From the human T2T-CHM13v2.0 reference genome, Homo sapiens, in assembly GCF_009914755.1 (NCBI RefSeq), contig NC_060925.1: a DNA stretch of 64,000 nucleotides; one strand, written 5' to 3'. A program made the position numbers and the translations under genes. The notes under the pieces were generated by a model. The model was given only the letters and a program-made list of their open reading frames with translations. It searched no databases and was not told the origin of the DNA. This document shows, piece by piece, positions 1 to 15,639 of this stretch (its first letter is position 1; each line of letters begins with the position of its first letter).

Positions 1-460
1 TATTTAGGAAACCTTAATGGGCTTCAATAATGTTTTATGTTTTCTCTATAAAATCCTATATACATTATAGTATCTTTTTTCTAGATAGCTTAGTGTTTCA
101 TTACTGTAAAATTATATTGAATTTGAGTTTCTGAATATTTACTGGTGCTGTGTTAAATTGCTGTTTTTTGTACTTTGGACTTACAGCAAACATTATTGGT
201 AGATTCTGTCAATTCTAATAAATGTTCTGAGATAAGTTGAAAGTATTAAAGTATGATCGCTTGCGAATTTTGATTATTTCTTTTTCCTCCTTATATTATT
301 TTATATATTTTCTGGCATTATTTTCACTGGCTAAAAATAGAAAATCCACTATATTGTTAAGTATAATTAAAAAAGGTGTATCATCATCTTGCTATGATTT
401 TTAAGAAAATATTTCTACCATTTCCACATTAAGAATAATAATTGCTTAATTGTTGGCATA
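1..460 (-). mobile_element. Ancient L1 (L1M-type) ORF2 fragment, highly degenerate
   Basis: Antisense ORF2-like motifs, e.g. ttcaataatgttttatgttttct and tttctaccatttccacattaagaataata; no ORF. Confidence 0.45.
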
Positions 461-2985
461 TATGATTGTGACTCCTCATGTTTAAAACTGGAAAGGCAGA
501 CATTTGGCACTCAATAAATATCTTTGGAATGGATAAATTAAAGGGGCAAATGACGCAAGGAATTCAAATAATGCAGAGGCCACATTGCTAGAGTAAGTTA
601 TTATATCTTTTTCATATAAATTTCATACTTGTTCATAGGCAGGAGATAACATTAAGCACATTTTAATTATACTTGAATTTACTCCCATAAAATAATTCTC
701 ATGAAAAATGACCTCAACATGTCTTAATTACTTATTTTATTTGTGCATATATGATAGTGTATGTATCTGAGCACCAGTTACCTGATCTAGAGGGAAGCTG
801 GTAATGCCTCTGAAGATTATTCAAAGCATGGTTTAAGGTGACTACCACAATTACAAGCTTCATTTTCTCATAAAGCTTTTCTGAGAACTGTGAAAGCTTA
901 ACTAAATGTTAGCAACTTGACAGGCTGCTCCTGGAAAAGGAATTTTTATTTCTAAATTACTATTCTGTAGACCCCATAATACTTAATCTTTTTAAGTGCC
1001 ATAGTGATTCAGAGTAGATAAAATTGAAATGCATGTTTTCCAGAAGACAGGGACTGAAACCTATTAAGCCAGAAAACCTAGGCCATTAATTTTCCTGTAC
1101 CATTTGTAATGGGAGTTTTGTGATAGACTTGTGACTGATCCCTTTCCTCAGAGATCATTTCCTGGCTCTGTCTGTGTTCAAGATATAGTATCATCCCCCT
1201 GATAATAGGTATTTGTTACTTGGCAACAAGTTCTACTTGTATACACTACAATTCGTAGTTGATATATCTACACATTCTCTCCAAAAATGAATAGTTATGA
1301 TGTTTTTCATTGAAATAACGTATAAATTGAACTGAATGCTTTAAAAATTCAAACAAATTCTGCCATCAGCTATGAAAAGTAATATTAAACAGCACAATAA
1401 CTTAGACCTAAAATAAACATATTCAGCTAGAATAAGTATCAATATCTCATCTCATTATTACTTTGGCTTTAAAAAGTTTACAGTGAATAAAAGTCGAAGT
1501 AATAAAAATATAATATGTTTTCTTTAAGAAATGAATGGGGAGACAACTTCAATTGAATAAATTTCCTCAATTTCAATGGAGAGATTTTAGTTGAACTTTA
1601 AATTCAGAACAAGTAAACACTGATGAAGCTGTTTGAAAGCTGAATTTGATCTAAGATTATCTCAATAATATAAAAATATTTATTGGAAAAGTAGAATTTT
1701 CTAGTTGCTGCGATTTGTGTAGCATTATATACATCTTGGCTCAAAAATAAAATAAAATAACATACCATAAGATAAAACAGAACTTTCTACAATTTTGCCT
1801 GTCATAAAGAGAACTGAGGGTGATTCAGGATAACTTAAGTTCCCAATAGTATGAAAATTTAAGTGAAAATTGAATTATGTTTTAAGAGGAAAACCACATA
1901 GGAAATTTATGCATTGATGGAGAGTGTTGCAATATCAAATATGATCGATCCAGGCTTTCAAAGAAAATAATAACAATAATGTAAGTGCGGCAGACATTAT
2001 ATTATTGCCTAACAAAATAATTAGTCATTAACTTTTTATAGAAGGTTAAGGTGACATTTAATTTAAATGTTTTGAAAGTACAACTTTAGTCTTTAGAAAT
2101 GCCAATGACTAAATATTAATTTCTGCATTTTGCTAATTATATAAGATAATACTAAACATTTATATGTGAAATATTATCTTGTCAACATACCCGTCTGATG
2201 TTTAAATTAGAAATTCAAAATATGTACGACAATGATTCTCAAGCTTCTGGATTGTCATAACCACTCTGAAGAACCTAAGTCAAGCTCAAACAGCCAACCT
2301 AGACAATTAGAGATATACAAAACTGGTTTTAAATAGTGTTTCAGCATTTACATTGTAAATGTATAACAAATTACAGTAGTTAATCAAAATATTCTACAGT
2401 ACAGGTGACATAAAAAGCAACAATTTGCTCTTCTGATGTAATGATGCGATTCCTCAATATGATTTTATTTTCCCAATAATAGACTTTTAAAATGGCATAA
2501 GGCAAAGAAGGGTTTTCTTTGTTCTTATTATAAACATTCTTCATCATCGTTCATATGAGGTTTATATTAGGCAGAAATAAGTAAAATTATTTTACTTTAT
2601 GTTATTTCAAAGTGAAACTCTCTGTGCTCATAGTGCTTCTTTTGGATCACTGTTAAAAATGTAAAGAGGTGAGTGTGAGGAATAAAAATCTGAAATGTGT
2701 AATATTTGGCATATGAAGCTTAGAAGAAAATCTCATCAATTTATTTCCATTTGAAAAGTTAAAAAACACAAAAACTACTATTCCGTTTCTAATTTTATAA
2801 TCCTGGTCTTGACACTAGTTTTACTTCCAGTACTAATCACTCTGATATTTATTTCACTTTTAGTGTTTCCTAATGTAAATTACCACTTTAAATTCTGCTC
2901 CTAGATTCAGTTTATTTGTTACTTATTTACATATTAATTGCAACATGGTAGCCATTTAATTATATTTATTTTTATTTTAGAGTAA

Positions 2986-3727
<742 letters not shown>

Positions 3728-3915
3728 TATATATGTATATACATATGCTTATATGTATGTAAGTATATATGTATGTGTATATGACTTATCAAATTATAGC
3801 ACTTTGTTATACAGTATTTATATAAATATTCTAGTTAAGACTTAATTTGTTATAATTTATATATGAATATTCATAATTGTAATAACTTAAATGACACATA
3901 TTATAATTAACCCCA

Positions 3916-4321
3916 TTATATAGTTTGAATATTTGTCTTCTCCAAATTTCAGTGTTAAAATGTGATCCCCAGTGTTGGAGGTGGAGCCTAGTGGGAGGTG
4001 AAGGATGTGGATCCCTCAGGAATGGCTTGGTGTTATTATTATGGTAATGAGTGCATTCTCACTCTGTTAGTTCATTCAAGAGCTGGTTGTTTAAAGGAGA
4101 CTGGCATCTCCCTTGCTTCCTCTCTTGCTATGTAACATGCCAGCTCCCCGTCCCATGAGTCATGACTAAAAGCTTCCTGAGGCCTCACCAGAAGCCAAGC
4201 AGGTGCTGACACCATGCTTCTTGTACAGCTTGCAGAACCCTGAGACAAAATAAATCTCTTTTCTTTATAAGTTATCCAGACTTGGTAATTCCTTTATAGA
4301 AATGCAGAATGGACTAGTATA
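3916..4321 (+). mobile_element. Solo MaLR LTR, MSTB-like
   Basis: Starts tatagtttgaatatttgtcttctccaaat; contains aatggcttgg, gaggcctcaccagaagcc and aaataaatctcttttctttataa; ends ggactagtata. Confidence 0.85.
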
Positions 4322-7049
4322 TCCTATATATGCAGAAGCTTTATTGCTGAGGTATAAAATTATTCAAATAAAAAATAGACGGTCTATGAGAATATTCTAT
4401 ATAATTACCATATTGACAATCTGTCAAGCTCATTTTCTCTAGATGCCGGGATAGATCAGACAGTGCATAGTCTTGGCTGTTTAGCCAGCCTGCTAAGATA
4501 ATATCCTTTGCTATTTATTCATAATTAAATTTTGGGACAAAATTCCACTGTCCTTTAAAACATCAATAATTGTTTTATTCTCCAAAATACTGTTATAAAT
4601 AAAAATTTTTATGAACTCTTTTAAAAGTGAAACATACATTGTTTTCTTATTTATATCAATGAATTCTGGGAAATGTGCATTCACTCTTTTCTTCATTAGA
4701 ACACTTTTTATTATGAATTCTTCTGTCTTATACAATGGCATGAAGCATTGTCTTTTGAATAAAAAAGATGTTGCTCTGATTTAGGTTCTGCTCAATTTAT
4801 GCAAAGTAGTCGTCAATAGGTTTGAGTTGTGCACATCATCTGTTCTCTTTTGTCTGAGGATATGAATTAATCCACCCAGTCTTTTACTGATCCACATGAC
4901 ACTGGACAGTCACCATGTGTCCACACAATATAGGTGCTAGAGACCTAATGGTAAATAAGGTAGAAATTGCCCTTTTCTCATGTAACAGATGCATTCATAG
5001 TCACAAAACAAAGTGAAGCCAACTACCACTGTTGGTGGTATGCATACTGAATTTTAAACTGACTGGTATGCTATTCTAATTCAGCTAACCAGCCAGAGAT
5101 TCCATATCAAAGAATAGGCCTTCATTTTAAATTTTATTTTACTATTTCTCTTTTTAACTTGTTGGTGTTCTGCTAACATTCAAGGACTTGAAGATTTGAC
5201 CACTACTTGTATTTACATTGAAAGAGTCATTAAAGTAACATTTCAATGGCCATATGTTCCTAAACCCTATGTTAATTTCACTGTCAGTAACATAATTGTC
5301 ATGAATTGAACTATAATACATTCCCCCAAAATTCAGAACTCACACTCTATAGCACATCGTATACTTCATTGTTTGGTATTTGCACCGCACATAGCCTTTC
5401 CGTAATTGCTCTCCTTCTATCCCTCAAATATGAAATTTAAAGATGGGTGCTAAACAGTTTCAAATGTTTTGCAAGTGTAGTGACTTTCGCTGTCTGTTAC
5501 TCCATACATAAACTGTTTCTGATTATTGAGTAAACATGTTTAGTTTTCTACCAGTGTTTATATACATAATCATCTGATCTAATTCATTTTTAAGTATGGA
5601 TTTTACTTGACTGAAAATATTATTTCTATAATATATTCAGTTATATGTGATTTTTTTCTAATAATAAATATATTTATTTTGACGAACTTGCTTCAATGCC
5701 TAAACTACAGATATTTAGTTTGTGTAATATAGTAATTTTTTTTTTAAGAATAATGAAATACTGGCAGCTGTGTTAATTCTGGAGACCATCACCACACAGC
5801 ATGACACAATTCTTAGTTCAGCACTCAGAAGCTTGTTAAGACCATTAGAAATTGAAACTGAAATAATTTATTTTATTTGACATTGATAGATTAAAATTAA
5901 AATATAAATGAATTAGATATGTTATAGATAGTTTTTAAAACTCCACCTCGCAGGTTTCACACTTGGAGTGCAAATTTTATTTTGAATATTATTTTCTGAC
6001 TTTCTGTGGCAAACATGTGGTCCTCACTCAGAAAGAAAGAAAAAGACCAACAAAACTAAAATACAATCTTATTTTTTGCAAATTTTTAAAACAATATATA
6101 GAGCAAATTTAAAATATTTTTAAACCTATTTTAAATAAACAATAGGCCAATGTCAATTAAACATGTCTAGCTCCCAAACACAGTGCTACAGGGTCTCTCA
6201 TAAGCTTGAACTCCCAAATGAGTTATAGGATCTCAAACATACTTTAAATGAAATAACCACTTCAATTATTTTTGCCAATGATTCAAGATACTATACTTAC
6301 CTAATAATCTTCTACAAAGTATTCATAGAGCAAACCAGCAAATTTAAAACGATCAATTTATATTGTAAACTTTTAAAATTATATGAAATATATTTTGAAG
6401 TAGAAGGAGTGGTATATTAATTCAGCATCAAGATTTCTACAGATCAACTATATTGCTCATAGCAATGTGATGAAAAATTAGGTAAGAAATTCTCAATAAT
6501 TGCATTTTTACTTTATTTGATTAAATACCCTCAAAGGAAGAAAACAAGAAACAAAGAAACTGGCAATACAGTTTTTCACAAAGATTCAGGAATTGATAAC
6601 ATCAGTTACCTCTGAAGGCTAAAGTTTTGGTGAAGCTGAAAACAGAAATCTACAAAATGCCTAGTGAGACTCCTTGAATCTTTTCCTCTATCTGCAGAGC
6701 CAGCAACTGACTAACACCTCAGCAGGAGACACAGGTCTTACTATTTGGAAATGTTAATACAGAATATCTCTAAAATCAGCTGCATGCTGATATGACCCTT
6801 GCTCACTGAGAAATGCAGTGGATACCTGGATATTATAGGATGAGATGGTAAGCTACTATATTTATCCTCACTTTTCCCTATCAGCTCATACCTTGCCCTA
6901 GGGAGATATTGGATAATTTTCTCTGGGTAGGTTCCTGATTCAAATAAATTCCTTTTGATTCCTGGAAGTCCTTAAAGAAGCAGCCTGATTCTTGCCTAAA
7001 TATCATTTCAAAGTTCTAATAATTTCCTAGGTCTATCAATTTATACAGA

Positions 7050-7730
7050 AAATCTTTCCAGCATTAAATTCATTTATTATTAACTACGGGGAATAACCAA
7101 AAAATCATGTATTTAACCATTAAAAGGGGGTTCCATTATAAAAGAGAAAAAAGTATATAAGAAAGAAAAATAAAGATTTTGGGAAAAAGACAAATAAATT
7201 CAAGAAGCAGAAGAACATTTAAAAAATATAATTACCACAGTTAACATACAGAGATAAATACAAATTTACATTTTTGAATCAAAGATAAGATACACCTCAA
7301 AAAAGTGAACATTCCAACCCACAGAAAGAACTATTGGAAATTAAGAATACTATTAGTCCATACAAATTTGAAAGAAATATTTCAAAATAAAGCCTACGAC
7401 TTTTTGGAGAAAGTAGATAGAAAAGCTGTGTTATAAAATAGTAGAGGTTAGTGAGTAAAATGAGAAGAGCAGTCCAGGACACTTACGTGTGACTTGTCTT
7501 ATAAACAAATAAATCACACCAAGGGCATCTTTGTGATATTATAGAAAACTTGGAAATAATTGACAATCAAAAAATTTATATGAGAAGAAACAAGTATCAC
7601 ATACAAAACATCAGTAATCAGAAGAGCACTATATATGAATAGCAAAAATAAAGCACTGAAACAACGTTATTCAAATAATAAGAGTAAATGATTTCTGTAC
7701 TGGAATTCTATACTCCGAAGAACCATCACA
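7050..7730 (+). mobile_element. Very degenerate L1/HAL1 ORF1-like remnant
   Basis: A-rich + strand; ggaattctatactccgaagaaccatca resembles the ORF1 RILYPAKLS motif region. Confidence 0.3.
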
Positions 7731-8528
7731 CTAGCTGTTTATATGCTCCTGCCTATGACATTATTCATTATTCTCTGTTGAAAACACAAAATTTAAGAAA
7801 CTGTGAATGTGTTTATTAATTGCATATTACTTTTTTCCTTTGCCTCTACGAAAAGTGCACAATGTACTATTTTTTTTGCCTTCCTATGGAGCTTAAGACT
7901 AAACTCTGTCTCATCTCACATTCTTTGAGATTAATCTCTTTCTAGCCACCTTCTCTGAAATAAGGCTTAATGTCTCTTATTTGTTCTCACATAATTTATT
8001 CTTCATATTTATGTCACTATATATTCACAGTACTATATAATGGTTGCTTAAAAATATTAATCTCTCTATCTGACATGATTCTTTTAAAGTAAATCATTTG
8101 TATTTTCTTAACCATTGCCAGAATCTAACACAATGTTTAATACATAGATTATAGTCTAACAAGTATGAAGGCAAGTGTACAAAGGCTTAAAGATTTAAAC
8201 AAAGTTACATGAAAGTACTTAAATATCCTCAGTAGGCTAAGGAAGAAATTCACAGATGAGTAGATGCATGTATTTTTCATATGGACAGAACTATTAGGTG
8301 TTCTAGAACTTGTGCAGACTCACAGATTTGTTGACTATCATGACGCTTTTTGAAAAGTGCTAGTGGGTTGATCGTGAGTGACTAAACACTATGCGTGGAG
8401 GAATCAGAGAAAATGAGTTTTAAAGTTAAAAAAATGTTTCTATAACATAAAGAGTAGTTAGAATTTAATGATCAGGGATAAGCATATATTGAATAGTTGC
8501 AAATAACAAAGAATTCTGAACAGATACC

Positions 8529-9672
8529 GTGGCCATCTGTTTTATATCCCTACCCAACACTCTCAAATGAGAAACTTCTTTTACCCTCTTCCATGTGATT
8601 AAATTGGAAGCTTTAATTACATTGTCATGCCAACTGTATGCTCGAAAGAATGAAGGGTGCAAAGAATAGCCAAACATATTGCCCAACTCCCTGTGACTTA
8701 GAGAAAATTAGTTTTTTTGTCCTATGAGGTTTGTGTGGTAGATAGACGTATGTAGTACTGTCATTCTTTCTGGGTCAAAAGCTTTAAGACTAGAAGTACC
8801 ATAGTTGTATTTAACTAGTAAGAAGGACAATAAACTATCTAGGAAATGCAGTACTATTTCATAATAGTTAAATATGGAATCAGACTAAGCGTCAAATAGC
8901 AGATAAATGGGTAAAGAAAATGTGGGATATATATACAATGAGACACTATTCAGACATAAAAAAAGAATAAAATTCTGTAATTTACAGAGAGATGAATGAA
9001 ACTGGAGGATATTCTGTTAAGTGAAATAACCCAGAAACAATGTTAAAAAGGGCATATTCTCACTCATATGTGAAAGCTAAAAAAGTTGATCTTATAACAG
9101 TAAAAAGTAGAAGAGAGGATATTAGAGACTAGAAGAATAGGTAAAGAGTGGGATAGGGAGAGCTTTTTTAAAGCATACAAATTACAGCTAGATTGGAAGA
9201 ATAAGTTCCAGTGTTCTATACCCCAGTAGCATGACTCTAGTTAACAATAATATATAGTTTCAAATAACTAGAAAGAGGATATTGACGGTTCCCAACACAA
9301 AGCAATGATAAATGTTTGAGGTAATGGATATGCTAATTATTCTGATCTGATCATTATACATTTTATGTATCCAAACATCACTATGTACCCCATGAATATG
9401 GAAAATTATTGTCAATTAAAAGAATAAAACCAACTTACTTTTATAAGCCAGCTGAAGTAAAAAAATAAATAAATAACATGATGTTAGCACTGAAAGAGAA
9501 AAACAGTGAACAAAGTCCAGAGGTGGACGGAGAAATACAGAATCTTTTCAACCATGTATTGCCTGGCCCTAGCCAGGCAATAAACAGATAACCTCTTTCA
9601 CCGTATATATAGAAGAGCTAACATATTCCTGGTTTGCATAAGCCATTTTAATTTGACCATTTTCACTTGCAA
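8529..9672 (+). mobile_element. Ancient MLT1-type LTR remnant, apparently split by the L1MA insertion
   Basis: 3' part resembles an MLT1 terminus (gagctaacatattcct...gcataagccattttaattt...tttcacttgcaa); weak 5' part from gtggccatct. Confidence 0.3.
8847..9430 (+). mobile_element. L1MA4/5-like 3' end (5'-truncated L1)
   Basis: ORF2 C-terminal/3'UTR motifs gataaatgggtaaagaaaatgtgg, attacagctagattggaagaataagttccagtgttcta, cccaacacaaagcaatgataaatgtttgagg; A-rich end. Confidence 0.85.
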
Positions 9673-11207
9673 GAGCATTTGAATTCAAGTCTATCTGTGA
9701 TAATATTCATCCATAGAGAAAAAAAATCAGAGAAAAATAATTTATATTATTGCAAATGATCTTCATTGCTAATTGATGACAGTGGAAAACATATTTTGTC
9801 TTATACTTTTGTATTAAAATTGTTATCAGACAATATTTTTAAAGTATGTATATTTTTGTTACATAAAAACGAATCCTGGAAAGAGGATGTTGATTTTTAA
9901 TTCTGATGGATAGGCCATCTTAGAACTACTTAAAAAGCCATACGATTTAAGAACAATCCTACGATGATATTGAAGCATCAAGCTTTGGAACCTAAGATTC
10001 TGGAGAGCGGGTAATTGCAGGCACATGAGCAGACTGCAGCTGTGTTTTCCCTAAGTATATTTGACAGTTATGGGGATGGAACCATAGTACAGCTTTAGTC
10101 TGGGAAAGGGCTGCTTCTGGAAGACAAAAAAAAAAAAAAAAAAAAAAACAGCAAACTGCTTCTGAAGAGCAGAGCATTATTGTTGGCAGGCTCACATGCC
10201 ACAGAGGCAAGGATTATAGATCAGTACTTGCCAAACGAATGGCCAATGTCCACAAATTAGGCTTTCAGCTTTTAATCACTGGAGAGCTACAATTTAGGTA
10301 GGCAGAGATTTAGTAAATTTGCAAACCAGTCTCAATTCACCTCAGTCCCTAACTGAATGAAAGTTAATATCCCCTCCTCTAGCTGCCTGGCTGGGTAAAC
10401 CTCTCTAGAAAAAGACAGCATGGCAATCTCTACAATTTGTTAGCTAATTAGAATTCCAAAGAAAATTACTAGGTATATCAAGAGACAAGAAAGTATTATT
10501 TAAAACCAGGATTTAAAAAATTAAATGAAAATAATAATAGAGCCATGGGTGATCTAGACATTAGATTTAGTAATGAGAGACATTAAAATAACTATGATTT
10601 ATTTGTTTTAAAAAGTAGAGAAAAAGTAGAGAAAAGAAAAAGTAGGATTGGGGAAATTCAATACCAGAGAAAGTACCTTTTAAGTGGCAATATTAGAGAT
10701 AATTAGTGGTAAAGTAATAAAATAATCAATTAAATGGGGAAATAAAGCTATTTTAAATGTGTACATAGCTGTCAGTATAGCCTTGAAAGGTACGAATCAA
10801 ACTCTGACAAAACAAATAAAGCAGTCAAACCAACAATTATAGTAAAAATTTTAACATACCTCTTTAATAATTAAAAAATAAGCCAATAAAAATTAGCAAG
10901 TGAATGGATGATCTGAAAAGAATGATTAACAAGTTTGTCCTCCTTTTGCATATAGAACACTGAAGCCACAGACTATATATTATCTGAAAATGCACATGGT
11001 ATATTTTCCAAATTTAATTGCCTCAAAAAATGTCAAAGTATTGAAATAATTTAGATGAATTTCAATAGCCAAAATTGAATTAAGCTTAAAAATTTAAAAC
11101 AAACAACCTAGAAAGTCACAATGTTTTAGAAATTAAGAAATAAAAATGATCAAAGTCAGTAAATACTAACTTGATGTTAATATAAAAACTAAATGTCAAA
11201 ACATCAG

Positions 11208-11321
11208 GGCTAGGCCTGATAGCTCAGGCTTGTAATTCCAGCACTTTGGGAGGCCGATGAGGGCAGATCACTCGAGCGCAGGAGTTTGAGACCAGCCTGG
11301 GCAACATGGTGAAATCCTGTC

Positions 11322-11376
<55 letters not shown>

Positions 11377-11504
11377 TAGCCAGGAGTGGTTGAGGTAAGA
11401 GGATTTCCTGAGCCCAGGAGGTCAAGGATACAGTGAGCTGTGATCCCACCAATTCACTCCAGTCTGGGCATCAGAGGGAGATTTTATGTCAAAAATAAAT
11501 AAAT
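11208..11504 (+). mobile_element. AluJ with (AC)25 in place of the middle A-rich linker and a short right-arm deletion
   Basis: AluJ-type gagcccaggaggtcaagg...cagtgagctgtgat; TSD aaatg(t/a)caaaacatcag at 11191-11207 and 11505-11521. Confidence 0.92.
11325..11374. repeat. (AC)25 microsatellite
   Basis: Perfect dinucleotide run inside the Alu linker. Confidence 0.97.
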
Positions 11505-11830
11505 AAATGACAAAACATCAGGGAATAAAACTAAAGTCATGCTTGGAGATACAATTACACTTTGTAATATGAATTATATAAAACTCTAAGTTAGAAAATT
11601 AGAAAATAAATCAAGGACACTTTAATATCTCAAAAACTTGGAAAAAATAAAAGCGAATGCAGTAAAAAGAGGCCATAAAATTTCAAAAATTAAAATATAA
11701 CTAGAAAAATCACATATAAGAATCCATAAAGCTAAATTTTTTAAAAATAATAATTTATATTTAAACAATCTATTTTCTTTGTTCCCACTATCTTATGTAT
11801 TTTTGTTGTGTTTTGCAGTTACTATCTTCG

Positions 11831-12194
11831 TGTATTAGCCCATTCTTACACTGCTACAACAACTACCTGAGACTGGGTAATTTATAAAGAAAGAGGTTTA
11901 ATTGACTGTCACTTCTGCATGGCTTGGGAGGCTACAGGAAACTTAAAAATCATGGCGGAAGTTTAAGAAGCGGCAAGCACCTTCTTTGCAATGCTGCAGT
12001 GAAGGGGGAATGTTGGGGGAAGTGCCACACTTTTAAACCATCAAATCTCATGAGAACTCACTCACTATCATGAGAACAGCCTGGAGGAAACTGCTCCCAC
12101 TATCCAATCACCGCCTACCAGGTCCCTCCCTCAACATGTGGGTATTACAATTTGAAATGAGATTTGGGTGGGGACGCAGAGCCAAACTGTATCA
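11831..12194 (-). mobile_element. Solo MaLR LTR, THE1D/MSTA-like
   Basis: tgtattagcccattct...gagactgggtaatttataaagaaagaggtttaattg...gagatttgggtggggacgcagagccaaactgtatca; about 364 bp. Confidence 0.9.
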
Positions 12195-14440
12195 TCTAGT
12201 ATCTCTAGAGTCTTCTGACTTCCCATATTTATTTAAGTAAAAACCTATAATCAATTTTTTTAAATAAGAGATGTGGTCTCCATTTTCATGAATAGACTGG
12301 TAAACAGAGAAGAAAATCTAAAAGAATTTATGAACAAAATATTAGCATTATTACATGTGTATAAAGGCCAACAGACGCAAGGTGAATACGCAAAAATTTA
12401 TTACACTTCAATACATTAGCCAAATGGAAAAACATAACATTATAAAGGTAATATCATTTACAATTAAATAAAAATACCAAAAAGCTGTGAATGTTATTAC
12501 TGATTCTTCTACACTAAAACCGAAAAGCATCTTCAAGAAAAAATAAACGGGGATAAGTAAAAGGAGAACTATATATAGCATGTTGAGAAGACTCAATATT
12601 ATAAATATTCAATTATCTTCAAATTTATTCATAGGTTCAATAAAACAACAATTAAAATCCCAGAAGGATAGTTTTATGTAAGTTGAAAAGGTGATTTTAC
12701 TACTAAAGCTAAAATAACCAGGGGCTAAGATATTCCAGCCAATATATAATAAGAATAACAAGTTTAGAGAATTCGCTCTATCAGAGATCAAAACTTTTAT
12801 GAAACTCTATCAATTAATATAGAGAATAAATGATGCAATAACACAAGAATAAATTATTGGAAAAACTATAAGGTCTAAAAATAGACCAAAGCATATGGTC
12901 TCCTAAGTTATGACAAAACTATTACTATAGTGCAGTAAAGAAAAGATCTTTTTCCAACAAGTGCTTATGGATCAAATGTATATCAACAGAGGGGGAAAAT
13001 TAATCTTCCTTTCTCCCTTCACAAAATACCAACAAACATTGATACTAGAAGAATCAATTGTTGAAGATTATGAATTTTGGAGGAGAATAAAAGGTAAAAA
13101 TATATTAGACTGAGACATGACACTCTAAATATGTATCCGAATTGTACATAAACATATGATTTTTTTACCTTCATTAGTCCTCAGGAAAATGCAATGTCAG
13201 TCACAAAAAATACTACTAGAAACACACCAGAATGACCAATAATAAAGTGACCAACAAAACCAAATGTTGGCAAAGATCTGAAGCATCCTTGTAAAACTTT
13301 ATAACAATACTAAACTGTTAAGAAAGGTAAATTGGTAAAAGCACTAGAAACCTGTCTGGTGGTATTATTAATTATTAAATTCAATTATTTATATATTCTA
13401 TGACTCAGTAATTCTACCACTAAGTGGAATATAACCAAGAAAATTATATACTTATACTCATCAAAAGACACATATAATAATTTTTATAGCAACATTATAC
13501 AAAATAGTCAAAATATACGAAAAACCACCCAGCTGTCCACCAACAGGGGAATGAAAAACAAATTGTGCTACATTTAAATAATAAAAGAGACTACAACACT
13601 GAGAATTATCTAGAATCACATATAAAAATATGAACGAATGACAAATATAATATTGAGTAAATACATCAACCTCAGCCATTTTAATATATGGTTGCATATG
13701 ACCTCAATTAAAAAACAGACAAAATAACTACGTAATTTACAAGCCAGTATACAGATGACTCTTTGGTGGTAGCTCCATGGGAGGGGGCATAAGAGTATTT
13801 TTATTTGTTGAAAATGATTTTTTGTTGTTGTTGTTGTTGTATTTTTTATGTGGGTTGGTTATATGGCATGAATTTAGCAAGTAGAAATTTAGCTTTAGAC
13901 TTTAATGGTTTAAACCAATCTTCCCACTAAGTATAACCAAAAAAAATGGATACAATTATTTGAGAGCATTTTGGGCAAAAAGCAAAATACCATCATCTCA
14001 AATAAAAAAAAGAAAGAGAAGTTTACATACCTGTACTGATATTTCTTTCAAGTTATTTGGCAACTTGTAAACTTCACAAAGCTGTTATGTAAATAATCCA
14101 AACAGAAAATACAAGAAACCACCAAAGAGAACATGAGATAAAGTTAAAAAAAAATTAAAGTACCCTCATTTTTGAAGGAGGAGAAGAAATAGGAAGGAGA
14201 ACAGAAAACTTGAAGAGATATGCATGTTTTCCAAAACTGACTTAAAACATGCCACAGATTCAAAAAGTGATATAAATATGGGGCAAAATAAAACAGAGCA
14301 AAAAAAAAACCCAAAAAATTTAGACAAATTATGTAAAAATCTTGATTGTCAAAAACAAATACAAAATCTTTAAAAATCAACCAAAGAAAAAAGGAGCACT
14401 GCTTATAAAGTGCTATCTCTAATACTAATAGCAAATTCAA

Positions 14441-14488
14441 ACACACACATACACACACACAGAGAGAGACAGAGAGAGGAGAGAGAGA
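14441..14488. repeat. Imperfect compound (AC)n(AG)n microsatellite
   Basis: Seen directly. Confidence 0.85.
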
Positions 14489-15246
14489 AGAAAGCCCAAT
14501 GTCAATTGTAAAAATGCTTTACAGAGCAATAAAAAAACTCCTAACAATTATTTTACTAAAACAAACCAAAAATAATGTGCTTCAAAAAAAATAAGTTGAA
14601 ATGAAGATATTTTTAGACAGATACAAAAGACCTCAAATAGGATCTTTAGGAAAAAGAAAAACGATCTAAGATAGAGGTAAACAAAGGAAAGAATAAGGAT
14701 CAAGAAAAAAGAAAAAAATACTTGGATAAATATAATTGGATATTAACTGTTGTGACGATAACGATGATGTTGCATGGTGTTTAAATATAAGTAGATTTAA
14801 ATGACAACAATAACAATATGTAAAAAGATATTAGAGAAATAAAGTGTCTGGAAAGTGCTAACAGTCCTGATTTACATGACAATTTAATAATTTGAAGTAT
14901 AATGTAAACTATGGTAAACAATAAAGAAATAGTAAAATAATCAACATCTAAAAAATTAGTAGGGTTTAACCCAAAGGAGGCAAGAAAAAGTACAGACAAT
15001 GATAAAATGTAAAACAAATAGAATAGTGGATGAAACATGAAATAAATAGATATACTAGCTACATAAAAAAGAAATTACACTAAATGTAATATAATTAAAT
15101 ATCAAAATTAATACCAGCAACTGACTAAATTTTTAAAAAATTATATGCTGATAACCAGAAAAACATCTTAAATATAACTGTGGGAAAAACTTGAAAGCAA
15201 AAGATAAAAGAAAAGGTAGCATGCAGAGTAACTGAAAACAAGCTCA

Positions 15247-15428
15247 GCTGGGTGTGGTGTCATGCTTCAGTAATCCAGGCTATTAGGAGACTGAGGCAGA
15301 AGGATCACTTTAGCATGGGAGTTTGAGATTGCAGTGAGCTATGATCATATGATCATGTGCCACAGCACTCCAGATTGCCTGGGTGACTGAGACAGAACAA
15401 AACCTATCCCAAGAAAAGAAAAAAAAAA
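15247..15428 (+). mobile_element. Alu monomer (FRAM/FAM-like or isolated AluJ right arm)
   Basis: gctgggtgtggtg...ctgaggcagaaggatcact...gcagtgagctatgatc...cactccag, A-tail, short aagct TSD-like flanks. Confidence 0.75.
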
Positions 15429-15639
15429 GCTAAATCATTACTCTAAAATCTGAAAGGAGGAAAAACGGATTTTAAGACAAGAAGCATATAGCATACACTT
15501 AGTAGAATATTTTACTATGGCAAAGGATTAATCTATGAGAATAAAATAACATAAAAAACTTAACTATACCTTATAATATAGATTTAAAATATATAAAACA
15601 AAGAAAATATTGATATAATTCATGAGTAAATATCTCTGT

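Larger units (their letters stand above)
10430..13900 (+). mobile_element. Ancient L1M/L1ME, fragmented (ORF1, ORF2 and 3'UTR remnants), hosting AluJ and THE1D
   Basis: Collinear degenerate motifs: aaaattactaggtatatcaagagacaaga, endonuclease-region pieces, caaatgttggcaaagatctgaagca, ctatgactcagtaattctac. Confidence 0.6.

Noticed and set aside
2661-2675. Perfect splice donor AG|GTGAGT
   Set aside because: No convincing upstream acceptor or coding frame; expected by chance in 64 kb
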